The notes beneath the pieces were generated by a model. That model was not told the DNA's origin. It made no database searches and saw nothing but the letters and a program-made list of their open reading frames with translations. 64,000 nucleotides of DNA from Eledone cirrhosa (lineage: Eukaryota): assembly GCA_964016885.1 (NCBI GenBank), contig OZ024741.1:31496001-31560000 (forward strand), read 5' to 3'. Position 1 is the stretch's first letter. Every line of letters starts with the position of its first letter. The position numbers and the translations under genes were made by a program. Below are positions 53,301-64,000 of the stretch, piece after piece.

Positions 53301-55515
53301 TGTGACCAAGGGCGGAATCACGCTAGTGAGGAAGGACGAGAACAAGGGGGATGATATAAATAATTTCAGGCCCATAACTCTGCTAAATACAGAGTTACAG
53401 ATGTTGGCCAAGGTGCTAACAAAGAGGTTGGCGCTTGTCGTGGGTAACCTGGTGGGAGATGCGCAGACATGTGCTATCCGGTTCAGGTCCATCCACGACA
53501 ACCTCCACCTCATGCGATACATCATAGAGAGGGTTGGAAACTAACCTGGCTTTGGTGGGGCCCTGATCAACTTGGATCAATCTAAGGCGTTCGATAGGGT
53601 CGACCATGGTTACCTGGATGCGGTGCTAACGGCGGCAGGCTTCGGACCCGTTTTCAGGGGCTGGATCAATGCCATGCACAGCAGCCGCATCTGCTCTAGA
53701 GTCAAGGTGAACGGCTACCTCTCGGAGCCGTTCGAAATCGCGCGGTCCATCCGACAAGGGTGCCCTCTCTCCGCCCTTCTGTATGTAATGACTCTAGAGC
53801 CACTGCTGCGGAAGTTGGAGTTGTTGCAGGGTATCCCGTTGGAACCGAGATTGCGGAAAGCGGTGTCGGCCTCCGCCGACGACGTAACAGTAATGGTGTC
53901 AAGGGCCTCGGAAACCGGGGCGATCGGCACCTTACTGGAGGAGTACGAAAGGTTTACAGGGGCTAAGCTGAACCGGGACAAGTCGATCGGTCTGCAACTC
54001 GGCACGTGGAGGAAAGATCGATGCCCTCCGATGGCGTCGTCGGGCGCTGGACGGAGGGCCCGGTGAAGTTGCTCGGGGTCTGGTTCGGACCAGACCTTCA
54101 GGTGGAGAAGAACTGGGGTGAGGTAACGAACAGGGTGTTTGCACTGACCCAGAAGTGGGCCGAGTGCAAACTGTCCCTGAAAGGTCGGGCGGAGTTGGCG
54201 AACACTTATATAGCGTCCGTCATCTACTACCGCCTGACCGTCCTGCCTTGCCTAAGGGAAATGCTCGACAAAATGGAACGCGCACTCTTCTAATTCCTCT
54301 GGAAGAAGCGGGCTCCTATGGTGAAGAGATCCATCTGCTGTCAACACCCTTCAAAAGTAGGGCTGGGATGCCGTGGCTAATGATGCGTAAACACGAATTA
54401 AGTCTACGGCACCTCCAGGTATTCCTCACCGGTCAACCGGTGTGGGCCCCTTTTGTGAGGCGGGCCTTTCCCAGACTCGTCTCACTCACCGAACTGCAAT
54501 CCTGGGTCAAGCAAAGACCGAGAAAACTGGGCGCCTGGCACACCGAGTGTGCCCAGGCGCTCACGGCTCTCTGGCAGGCGGACCCGGCTGTCAGTGGAGA
54601 ATCCACCTCGTAATTCTATAGAGGGCCGGTGGTTAGCAGGTGCGACGACGCCCTCGGAGAAGCCCTAGGCATGGAGGAAGACGAACTAGCCAACCTGTTC
54701 AGTAGGACATTCAGCCCGGGACCCATGGATATCTTCCAGAAGTCCCTGGCCTGGCAGTGCTACCGAGGGGCTCTGCCCGTTCGAGAAAGGCTCTACAGAC
54801 ACGGGCGCCCGGGTAGGGTCCCCTCGAAAAAGATCTGTCCCAGATGCGTGTGCGACGAGGAAACCGTTACACACGCATTGGTACACTGCTCGGGCATTGC
54901 CGATCTGTGGGGCTATGTCGAACAACTGCTGTCAAGCGTGGGACCCATCCGGTTGACCACCGAGTCTATTGTAACGATCAAGCCGCCTCCCCTCTTCAAA
55001 AACGAAGGAGAGGCGGTGTTTCTGTGCGTAATAGCCTTGGCGAAAGAGGTTGTATGGTGGACGCCTCTGAAAGGACTGAGGTCAGACGCCTTTCTCTCTG
55101 GCCAACAACTGGTCCGTTTCTTCCGATATCATTTCGGAAGAAGGATCAGGATGGAGAGAGAGGTGCTGCACCCCAGTCGTTTTTATGAAAGATGGGTGAA
55201 AGTGGCGAGAATGGCCCGTGTGAATGGGCCTTCACTCTACATCAGACTATAGGTGAGGAAGATGAAAGACCAAAGGAGTACCCGCTCTCTGTGCTCCTGA
55301 GGAGAAGGGTTGCACACTTTTTTCGGGGGTGTGTACGACCCCCCAAGACGCCTCCTCCCTATTAAGGATTTTGTTATAAAATTTATTTTGTTATATTTTA
55401 TTTTATTTTTATATATTGTTATTGCCTCCTCCATATTGAGGACGCCTTTGAATGTAAACTCCCCCCTTTGTACTTGTCCCACTTTTGATGCCCTGGTGGC
55501 AAATAAAAAGAAAGT
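49951..55515 (+). mobile_element. Full-length Tx1-clade LINE, copy 1 (family A), multiple frameshifts
   Basis: ORF1 50162-51809 with CYLCGTRGHLRAVC knuckle; ORF2 51834-55252 with APE, RT and CPRC; ends aataaaaagaaagt-(TATC)n. Confidence 0.93.
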
Positions 55516-56101
55516 TATCTATCTATCTATCACTCTAACTATCTATCTATCTATCTATCTTTCTGTCTAACGTGTGGAATATCGCCGGTAAGTTTTTTGT
55601 TAATTTCTATGCAAAAAACCGATCTAATTGTTTGAAAAAAATACAACACTTTGTAGATTAACCCCCAAGCTGAATTGTCAGCTGGGTGGTAATCCCATTT
55701 TTCGCCCCTGTGGGGGCGAAAATTTTATTTAAATGTTTGTCTTAAAATATCAAATTTTACAAAGTAAAAAAAACTTGAGCAACACTAGAACGCTGGAGAA
55801 CGTTAATAGTGAAAAGAGAGAGAAAGATGCAGATATTAACGTTATATCTGCTTCTGCTGCTATGGACGTTGCCATAGATACTGTCACAAAAGAAAAAAAT
55901 ATATCAACATTTGAAAATGTTAAAATTTCTACCGCCGAAGCGGAGTAAAATGACAATAACACACGGGAAAACACGGCAAAAAAACCCATTGACATACATA
56001 CACATGAAAAAGACATCAACAACTCTACAGATACATCTACACATAAAATTTCCAACAACGATAACATCATTATTAACAACAACATCACACAAAAAAAGAA
56101 A

Positions 56102-57652
56102 ATGTCTTTTGCTGACACAGTCAACAAGAAACAAGATTTTATAAATCTTGATATCTCCAACGCAAGAGATATGCTCCAGCAAGGGAGAAAATTTGTAACT
56201 TTCGAAGAAAGAGGTGGGTTTAGAATTAACTCACCCCTTGAAATAAAGGAAGACACAAACCGCCGATCAGTCACTTTTAGGACTGTGTCAAATTCGTCAA
56301 GAAAACCGACATTTGTTAATCAGTCAGATATAGAAGATTCTTTCAAGGAGATTCTAGGAAATGTCGATTTTCTCCAGCGAGGAAAACAGTACGGAAGTGT
56401 TTCCGTACTGTTTAAAAGCGAAACACTGGCCCAAAAAAACTCTGTGACACCAATAGTGTCAAAAGCATACACCTTTTTCCCTACATACATGGGGAAAAGG
56501 ACACAAAAAATAAAAATAAAAAACATACCTCCAAGCATTAACATCTGGTGGATCTTGGCTGGCTTCGTAGAGCCAGAAACAGACATAATAATTTCGATAC
56601 GAAAATCCATTCGACAAAGGTGGGCGGGCACCGATTTGGAGATTCTGTTGCAAATGAAACCGGAGAGAATCTCCAAAATACCCGAAAGAGTCGTTATTGA
56701 TGATAACAACAAAATAAACATTTCGGTAGAAGGAAGAAAATTTCACTGCTTTCGCTGTGGTAGCACATCTCACCTAAAAGCCTCTTGTCCACAAACACAC
56801 AACAGCAACATCATAAAAAAAACGCTATTACCAACACCAACACCAAAACAACCACCACCACCACCACAAGTACAACGACAGACGAAACGAGCAACCACAC
56901 CAAAACAAACAGACACTCAACCAACAACAACAGAAAAAACAGAGACAACACCCCTGAAGAACACATCCCCACTCCATCCCACTCCATCAAACACTACCAC
57001 AAACACACATACCGAAACACCACCACCACCACACAACATACCCTTACCCCACACACCTGACGATGATTATTCATCGACGGATGAAGCTGCTTCTCCTTCT
57101 TTAAGTGAAGAAGAGGGAGAACCGCGGAAATCCAAAAAACAAAAAAAGAGACACCACAAAACCCCCAAAACTCCAATCACCAACACCAACACACAACCAC
57201 AGACACAAACAACAACACAAACAACACCACAGTCAAACACCCCCCTATCAGCAAAACCAGCACCAACACCACCCCAAACACAAGCACCCACCATAAAAAG
57301 AAAACTCCCAGATGAACAACAAACTAAAACAATACAACAAAAACACAAACAACAATACGCATACATCAACACAAACAACAAGAGTTTGATGGAGGTCATC
57401 TCCCAAAACCCCAAGGTGGAGACGGAGGGCAAAACTTTCGTCAAGGCAGAATCGTCTCCACACCTTAAACTTATAAGGGTTTCTATGGAAACCTATAAAG
57501 ACCTGAAAATTAAATTTTCACAGGACGTGGGCAACCCCTTCCACAAACCCATCAACCGCGTCCTGTTGAAAGGTTTCCCCACCCCACCCAACACCCCATC
57601 CAGCACCCAAATGGAGATTGAACAACTCGATCTCCAGGAAACGAAAAGGTAA
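56102..57652 (+). CDS. Tx1 ORF1 (gag-like, CCHC zinc knuckle, P/T/Q-rich tail); true start probably upstream of a frameshift near 55945
   Basis: CFRCGSTSHLKASC; copy 3 shows the upstream part in one frame. Confidence 0.85.
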   Translation: MSFADTVNKKQDFINLDISNARDMLQQGRKFVTFEERGGFRINSPLEIKEDTNRRSVTFRTVSNSSRKPTFVNQSDIEDSFKEILGNVDFLQRGKQYGSVSVLFKSETLAQKNSVTPIVSKAYTFFPTYMGKRTQKIKIKNIPPSINIWWILAGFVEPETDIIISIRKSIRQRWAGTDLEILLQMKPERISKIPERVVIDDNNKINISVEGRKFHCFRCGSTSHLKASCPQTHNSNIIKKTLLPTPTPKQPPPPPQVQRQTKRATTPKQTDTQPTTTEKTETTPLKNTSPLHPTPSNTTTNTHTETPPPPHNIPLPHTPDDDYSSTDEAASPSLSEEEGEPRKSKKQKKRHHKTPKTPITNTNTQPQTQTTTQTTPQSNTPLSAKPAPTPPQTQAPTIKRKLPDEQQTKTIQQKHKQQYAYINTNNKSLMEVISQNPKVETEGKTFVKAESSPHLKLIRVSMETYKDLKIKFSQDVGNPFHKPINRVLLKGFPTPPNTPSSTQMEIEQLDLQETKR

Positions 57653-57693
57653 GTGCACCTTTCGTCTTTTTTCTCCAACTTTTCTTCACCAAC

Positions 57694-58728
57694 ATGGCTG
57701 GTTTACGAGTTGGAACCGTGAATGTGCGTGGCCTAGGGATGCCCTGGAAACAGGGCCAACTTTTAAACGACCTTAGATCACACAGTATGGATGTGATAGC
57801 CATCACCGAGTCCAGAATCCACAACAGGCAGCAACTAACCCCCATCTTCGACGACTTTGAGATCTACGCATCTCTCTGTCAGCCAGGAGGTGGAGGTGGA
57901 GTGGCTGTTATGTTTCGGAAGAACCTGGACGTCGGAGTACAGCAAGTACACTTGGACCCGGAGGGTAGACTGGTAGTCCTAGACGTGAACAGTATCGGAG
58001 GTGGAGCCTTCAGACTGGTGGCCGTTTATGCCCCGACCGGGCAATCGCAATCACGGCCAGACTTCTTTAAGCGTCTAGAGTCTTTTCTGGGAACGTCTCG
58101 CTCCTTACTTTTAGTGGGGGACTGGAATGGTATCCTAGATGCACGATGGGACTATGTGGGAGCATGTCCCAGTACAGCGGGGTGCAACAGCCTCAAAACT
58201 TTAATCGGCCAATTCCAACTGGCCGATAGGTATCGACTGGATTTCCCGACTGCACCACAGTGGACGTGGGTAAACCGCAGTGGGACATCTAGATCGTATT
58301 TAGATAGGTTCTTCATTAGAGAAAGGGACAAGGATATGTTAAGCTGTCCACGAATGCACATGGTTGCCTATTCAGATCACAAATTAGTCGTCTGCTTAGT
58401 CAACCGTGATAGAATACATAGACAGGGTCCCGGATACTGGAAGCTGAACGTGTCGTTGCCGGCACGTAAAGCTTACAGTGAACGGATAAGTAAACTAGTC
58501 AAGCAACAGTTAACGGGAGCCATCGTCAACAATAGATGGTGGTACTCTCTCAAGAAAGCAATTAGAATAGAATCGATAGGGTATAGCAGAGATTTAGCCT
58601 TAGAGAAAAACAGAATAGAAAGAGAACTAGTAGCCAAGGTAGAGGAGGCACTTAGAAGTGGCAACGCGGCTATAGTGTTAGCGTCGAGAACGAAGGCTGC
58701 GTGGTCAGAAGCAAAACACGTGCTCTAG
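57694..58728 (+). CDS. Tx1 ORF2 N-terminal APE endonuclease (cut off by a 31-bp deletion near 58692)
   Basis: TVNVRGL, ITES, VYAP, GDWN, SYLDR, SDH, WKLN motifs. Confidence 0.92.
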   Translation: MAGLRVGTVNVRGLGMPWKQGQLLNDLRSHSMDVIAITESRIHNRQQLTPIFDDFEIYASLCQPGGGGGVAVMFRKNLDVGVQQVHLDPEGRLVVLDVNSIGGGAFRLVAVYAPTGQSQSRPDFFKRLESFLGTSRSLLLVGDWNGILDARWDYVGACPSTAGCNSLKTLIGQFQLADRYRLDFPTAPQWTWVNRSGTSRSYLDRFFIRERDKDMLSCPRMHMVAYSDHKLVVCLVNRDRIHRQGPGYWKLNVSLPARKAYSERISKLVKQQLTGAIVNNRWWYSLKKAIRIESIGYSRDLALEKNRIERELVAKVEEALRSGNAAIVLASRTKAAWSEAKHVL

Positions 58729-61109
58729 GAAACGAAGGAGCGAAAGCTGTCTGCTGGGCCCGAGTGGCGGAGGCAAAAAGTGGCAACAAGTCCACGATTC
58801 GGTCTTTGAAAGACCAAAACGGACGCGTGCTACTTGACCCCAAGCAAATGTGCGCGGCCTTTCAGCGGCACTTTGCGCGACTGTTAGAGCAGAACAACGG
58901 TGAGCCGAACGGGGCAATGGACTTTAGTTCATACCTCGACGGCCTGCCGCGTCTCTCGAACACGGACGCCGAGTTCTGCGAAAGACCGATCACGGACACT
59001 GAGATACGGGACGCTCTGGGCCGCTGCGGGAAACGCAAGTCACCCGGTCTAGATGGTCTACCCTACGAATTTTACATAGGCATGCCGGACTTGTTCTCTG
59101 GCGTCCTCGAAGCCATCTACTGCAATTGGCAACAGAACGGGAGAATTCCCAGTTCTGCAGGCAAGGGCGTAGTAACGCTGATCAGGAAAGACGAGAACAA
59201 GGGGGACGAAATTAACAACTTCAGGCCCATAACTCTGCTCAACACAGAGTTAAAGATTTTGGCCAAGGTGCTAGCGACGAGGTTGGCGCTTGTCGTCGAG
59301 AACCTGGTAGGGAAAGCGCAAACGTGTGCAATCCCGACCAGGTCCATACACGACAACCTCCACCTCATGCGATACATCATAGAGAGGGTGGGTAGTAAAG
59401 CCGGCTTCGGTGGGGCTCTGATCAACTTGGATCAGTCTAAGGCATTCGATAGGGTCGACCATCGATACTTGGAAGCGGTTCTCAAGGCGGCCGGTTTCGG
59501 TCCCGTGTTCAGAGGATGGATCGAGGCGATGCACACCAGCATCTGCTCGAGGGTCAAGGTGAACGGCTACCTATCGGAGCCGTTCGCAATCACGCGTTCC
59601 ATTCGACAGGGATGCCCTCTCTCCTCCATTCTGTATGTATTGACTCTAGAGCCACTACTGCGGAAATTGGAGCTGTTGCAGGTCATCCCCCTAGAACCGG
59701 GACTGCGCAAAGCGGCGTCGGCTTATGCCGACGACGTGACAGTAATGGTGTCGAGCACCTCGGAAATCGGGGTGATCGGCAATATACTGAAAGAATACGA
59801 AACGCTGACGGGAGCAAAACTAAACCCAGACAAGTCTGTCGGTTTGCAACTCGGTACGTGGAGAGGCAAACCGATGACATCCGACAGCGTCGTTGGACGC
59901 TGGACGGACGGACCGGTGAAATTGCTCGGGGTCTGGTTCGGTCCAGACCTCCAGGTGGAGAAAAACTGGAACGAGGTCACGGCTAAGGTGTTTGCACTCA
60001 CTCAGAAGTGGGCAGAGTGCAAACTGTCCTTGAAAGGTCGAGCGGAGGTGGCGAACACTTTCATAGCGTCCGTCATCTACTACCGCTTGACTGTCGTGCC
60101 TTGTCCCCGTGAACACCTCGCCAAGATGGAACGCATGCTCTTCCAGTTTCTGTGGAAGAAGCAGGCTCCGCTGGTGAGGAGATCCGTCTGCTGTCAGCAC
60201 CCTTCCAACGGAGGGCTGGGAATGCCGTGGCTGATGATGCGCAAACATGCGCTGAGGCTGCGGCATCTCCAGGTATTCCTCACCGACACCCAACCGGTTT
60301 GGGCACCGTTTGTGAGACAGGCTTTCCCACAGCTCGTCTCGCTAACGGAGCTGCAGTCCTGGGTGAAGAAAAGACCGAAAACGATGGGCGCCTGGCACAT
60401 TGAATGCGCTCAGGCGCTCACAGTCCTCTGGCAAGCGGGCGCAGCAATCAGTGGAGACTCCACTTCGACATTCTATAGAGGGATTGTACGTTACAAGGGC
60501 GACGACGTGCTCGGAGAGACTCTGGGCGTCGAAGACGATGAGCTCACCAGTATGTTTGGTAGGACTTTCCGCCCGGGACCTATGGACAACTTCCAGAGGT
60601 CCCTGGTCTGGCAGTGCTACCGAGGAGCTCTACCGGTTCGTGACAAGATCTACAGGCACGGACGCCCTGGCAGGGATCCTTCCAAGAGGACGTGTCCAAG
60701 ATGTGCGCAGGACATTGAAACAGTTCTGCACGCAATTGTACACTGCCCGGGCGTAAGCGACCTGTGGAACTATGCAGAACAACTGCTGTCGCGTATGGGA
60801 CAAATACAGTTGACTGCCGAGTCCATAGTAAGGATCAAACCGCCAGACTCTTTCAAAAACGAAAGAGAGGCGGTTTTCCTCTGTACGGTGGCTATGGTGA
60901 AAGAAGTTATATGGTGGACGAGGTTGAGAGGACTGAGGACAGATGCCTTTCTCTCCGGACAACAATTGATTCCATTCTTTAAGTATCACTTTAGAAGGAG
61001 AATCAGGGTGGAGAGAGAGGCACTGCACCCCAGTAAATTTACTGAAAGGTGGGTGAATGAAGCGAAAATGGCCCGAGTGATTGGGCCTTCTCTGTTTATA
61101 AGCCTGTAG
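58701..61109 (+). CDS. Tx1 ORF2 reverse transcriptase and C-terminal zinc finger
   Basis: KSPGLDG, RPITLLN, LDQSKAFDRV, RQGCPLS, YADD, GGLG, CPRC..ETVLH..HC. Confidence 0.95.
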   Translation: MVRSKTRALGNEGAKAVCWARVAEAKSGNKSTIRSLKDQNGRVLLDPKQMCAAFQRHFARLLEQNNGEPNGAMDFSSYLDGLPRLSNTDAEFCERPITDTEIRDALGRCGKRKSPGLDGLPYEFYIGMPDLFSGVLEAIYCNWQQNGRIPSSAGKGVVTLIRKDENKGDEINNFRPITLLNTELKILAKVLATRLALVVENLVGKAQTCAIPTRSIHDNLHLMRYIIERVGSKAGFGGALINLDQSKAFDRVDHRYLEAVLKAAGFGPVFRGWIEAMHTSICSRVKVNGYLSEPFAITRSIRQGCPLSSILYVLTLEPLLRKLELLQVIPLEPGLRKAASAYADDVTVMVSSTSEIGVIGNILKEYETLTGAKLNPDKSVGLQLGTWRGKPMTSDSVVGRWTDGPVKLLGVWFGPDLQVEKNWNEVTAKVFALTQKWAECKLSLKGRAEVANTFIASVIYYRLTVVPCPREHLAKMERMLFQFLWKKQAPLVRRSVCCQHPSNGGLGMPWLMMRKHALRLRHLQVFLTDTQPVWAPFVRQAFPQLVSLTELQSWVKKRPKTMGAWHIECAQALTVLWQAGAAISGDSTSTFYRGIVRYKGDDVLGETLGVEDDELTSMFGRTFRPGPMDNFQRSLVWQCYRGALPVRDKIYRHGRPGRDPSKRTCPRCAQDIETVLHAIVHCPGVSDLWNYAEQLLSRMGQIQLTAESIVRIKPPDSFKNEREAVFLCTVAMVKEVIWWTRLRGLRTDAFLSGQQLIPFFKYHFRRRIRVEREALHPSKFTERWVNEAKMARVIGPSLFISL

Positions 61110-61342
61110 GTTGAGGAAGAGAGCGAAAGGAAGAAAGGAGCACTTGCACAACACGCTCCTTGAGTTGAGGGTTGTTCTATCGACGGGGTATTAAACAACC
61201 CATTTGTGGCGCCTCCCCCCTATTGGGGATTTCGATTGTTGAAATTGTTTGTCTTTATATTTTTTACACGACTGTATGTAAAATCCCCGGCATGTCTTTG
61301 TATTGTCCCCTTTCTTGTTGCGCCCTTGTGGCTAATAAAGAA

Positions 61343-61413
<71 letters not shown>

Positions 61414-64000
61414 CCTCTTTCTGTCTGACGTGTGGAACATCGCCGGTAAGTTTTTTGTTAATTTCTATGCAAAAAACCGATCTAATTGTTTGAAAAAACA
61501 CAACACTTTGTAGATTAACCCCCAAGCTGAATTTTCAGCTGGGTGGTAATCCCATTTTTCGGCCCTGTAGGGGCGAAAATTTTATTTAAAAAATTTGTTT
61601 TAAAATATCAGATTTTACAAAGTAAATAATTTGAGCAACACTAGAACGCTGGAGAACGTTAATAGAGAAAAGAGAGAGAAAGAGGTATATATTAACGTTA
61701 TATCTACTTCTGCTACTATGAACGTCGCCATAGATACAACTGACACAAAAGAAAAAAATATATTAACACCTGAAAATTTTACAATTTCTACCGCCGAAAC
61801 GGAGAAAAATAACAACACACAGGAAAACACAGCAAAAAAACCCATTGACGTACATACACATGAAAAAGACATCAACAACTCTACAGATACATCTACACAT
61901 AAAGTTTCACCTCGACAAGGAACTGAGATTTCCAACAACAATAACAACATCATCAACAGCAACACCACACAAAAAAAGAAAATGTCTTTCGCTGAAACAG
62001 TGATCAAAAAACAAGATTTTATAAATCTTGATATCTCCAACGCAAGAGATATGCTCCAGCAAGGGAGAAAATTTGTAACTTTCGAAGAAAGAGGTGGGTT
62101 TAGAATTAACTCACCCCTTGAAATACTCTCTCAAGAAAGCAATTAGAATAGAATCGATAGGGTATAGCAGAGAGTTAGCCTTAGAGAAAAACAGAATAGA
62201 AAGAGAACTAGTAGCCAAGGTAGAGGAGGCACTTAGAAGTGGCAACGCGGCTGGAGTGTTAGCGTCGAGAACGGCACTGTACCAGTTCTTCGATGCGAAA
62301 CACGAAGGCTGCGTGGTCAGAAGCAAAACACGTGCTCTAGGAAACGAAGGAGCGAAGGCTGTCAGCTGGACCCGAGTGGCGGAGGCAAAAAGTGGCAACA
62401 AGTCCACGATTCGGTCTTTGAAAGACCAAAACGGACGCGTGCTACTTGACCCCAAGCAAATGTGCGCGGCCTTTCAGTGGCACTTTGTGCGACTGTTTGA
62501 GCAGAACGACGGTGAGCCGAACGTGGTAATGGACTTTAGTTCATACCTCGACGGCCTGCGCGTCTCTCGAACACGGACGCCGAGTTCTGCAAAAAGACCG
62601 ATCACGGACACTGAGATACGGGACGTTCTGGGACGCTGCGTGAAACGCAAGTCACCCGGTCTACCCTACGAATTTTACATTGGCATGCCGGACTTGTTCT
62701 CTGGCGTTCTCGAAGCCGTCTACTGCAATTGGCAGCAGAACGGGAGAATTCCCAGTTCTGCAGGCAAGGGCGTAGTAACGCTGATCAGGAAAGACGAGAA
62801 CAAGGGGGACGAAATTAACAACTTCAGGCCCATAACTCTGCTCAACACAGAGTTAAAGATTTTGGCTAAGGTGCTAGCGACGAGGTTGGCGCTTGTCGTC
62901 GAGAGCCTGGTAGGGAAAGCGCAAACGTGTACAATCCCGACCAGGTCCATACACGACAACCTCCACCTCATGCGATACATCATAGAGAGGGTGGGTAGTA
63001 AAGCCGGCTTCGGTGGGGCTCTGATCAACTTGAATCAGTCTAAGGCATTCGATAGGGTCGACCATCGATACTTGGAAGCGGTTCTCAAGGCGGCCGGTTT
63101 CGGTCCCGTGTTCAGAGGATGGATCGAGGCGATGCACACCAGCATCTGCTCGAGGGTCAAGGTGAACGGCTATCTATCGGAGCCGTTCGCAATCACGCGT
63201 TCCATTCGACAGGGATGCCCTCTCTCCTCAATTCTGTATGTATTGACTCTAGAGCCACTACTGCGGAAATTAGAGCTGTTGCAGGGCATCCCCCTAGAAC
63301 TGGGACTGCGCAAAGTGGCTTCGGCTTATGCCGACGACCTGACAGTAATGGTGTCGAGCACCTCGGAAATCGGGGTGATCGGCAACATACTGAAAGAATA
63401 CGAAACGCTGACGGGAGCAAAACTAAACCCAGACAAGTCTGTCGGTTTGCAACTCGGTACGTGGAGAGGCAAACCGATGACATCCGACAGCGTCGTTGGA
63501 CGCTGGACGGACGGACCGGTGAAATTGCTCGGGGTCTGGTTCGGTCCAGACATCCAGGTGGAGAAAAACTGGAACGAGGTCACGGCCAAGGTGTTTGCAC
63601 TCACTAAGAAGTGGGCAGAGTACAAACTGTCCTTGAAAGGTCGAGCGGAGGTGGCGAACACTTTCATAGCGTCCGTCATCTACTACCGCTTGACTGTCGT
63701 GCCTTGTCCCCGTGAACACCTCGCCAAGATGGAACGCATGCTCTTCCAGTTTCTGTGGAAGAAGCAGGCTCCGCTGGTGAGGAGATCCGTCTGCTGTCAG
63801 CACCCTTCCAACGGAGAGCTGGGAATGCCGTGGCTGATGATGCGCAAACATGCGCTGAGGCTGCGGCATCTCCAGGTATTCCTCACCGACCCGCAACCGG
63901 TGTGGGCACCGTTTGTGAGACAGGCTTTCCCACAGCTATTCGCTAACGGAGCTGCAGTCCTGGGTGAAGAAAAGACCGAAAACGATGGGCGCCTGGCACA
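61414..64000 (+). mobile_element. Tx1-clade LINE, copy 3 (family B), intact 5' end, ~2.3-kb internal deletion, runs off window
   Basis: Colinear with 55561-56245 then jumps at 62125/62126 to the equivalent of 58545; small frameshifts in RT. Confidence 0.95.

Larger units (their letters stand above)
55561..61342 (+). mobile_element. Full-length Tx1-clade LINE, copy 2 (family B), nearly intact
   Basis: 5'UTR, ORF1, ORF2, 3'UTR ending aataaagaa-(ATCT)n. Confidence 0.95.

Noticed and set aside
62115-62135. Copy 3 deletion as a spliced or in-frame ORF1-ORF2 fusion
   Set aside because: Boundaries are not GT-AG, show TA microhomology, and the join is out of frame (stop at 62146).
52150-63946. Antisense and alternate-frame ORFs within Tx1 ORF2
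   Set aside because: Expected shadows of GC-balanced coding sequence; their recurrence simply reflects homologous copies.

Overview
Eukaryotic, repeat-saturated DNA with no confidently identifiable host gene. The SINE families and microsatellite load suggest a cephalopod (octopus-like) genome, which is an inference. Main contents: (1) a head-to-tail array of three Tx1-clade LINEs at 49.95-64 kb, each set into (ATCT)n, plus a sister Tx1 family that ends at ATTATT targets; (2) many Penelope-like element (PLE) fragments, of Hydra-like and Neptune-like types, sitting in (TA)n tracts, including at least seven short fold-back palindromes and roughly 20 whole or partial hammerhead ribozyme (HHR) motifs; (3) R4/Dong-type LINEs at (TAA)n, one split by a precisely inserted non-autonomous Helitron; (4) an RTE-derived non-coding element in (ATGT)n, tRNA-derived SINEs, a mariner remnant, a MITE and a 19-bp minisatellite. 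The most notable signals are a covarying bulged hairpin conserved across unrelated PLE families just beyond their insertion endpoint, the (ATCT)n-targeted Tx1 array, and splice-site consensus sequences at matching positions in two divergent Tx1 families (a ~68-nt 5'UTR intron, and a donor/acceptor pair bracketing ORF2). All family assignments and RNA structures were read by eye; no searches or folding programs were run, and coordinates of degenerate elements are approximate.
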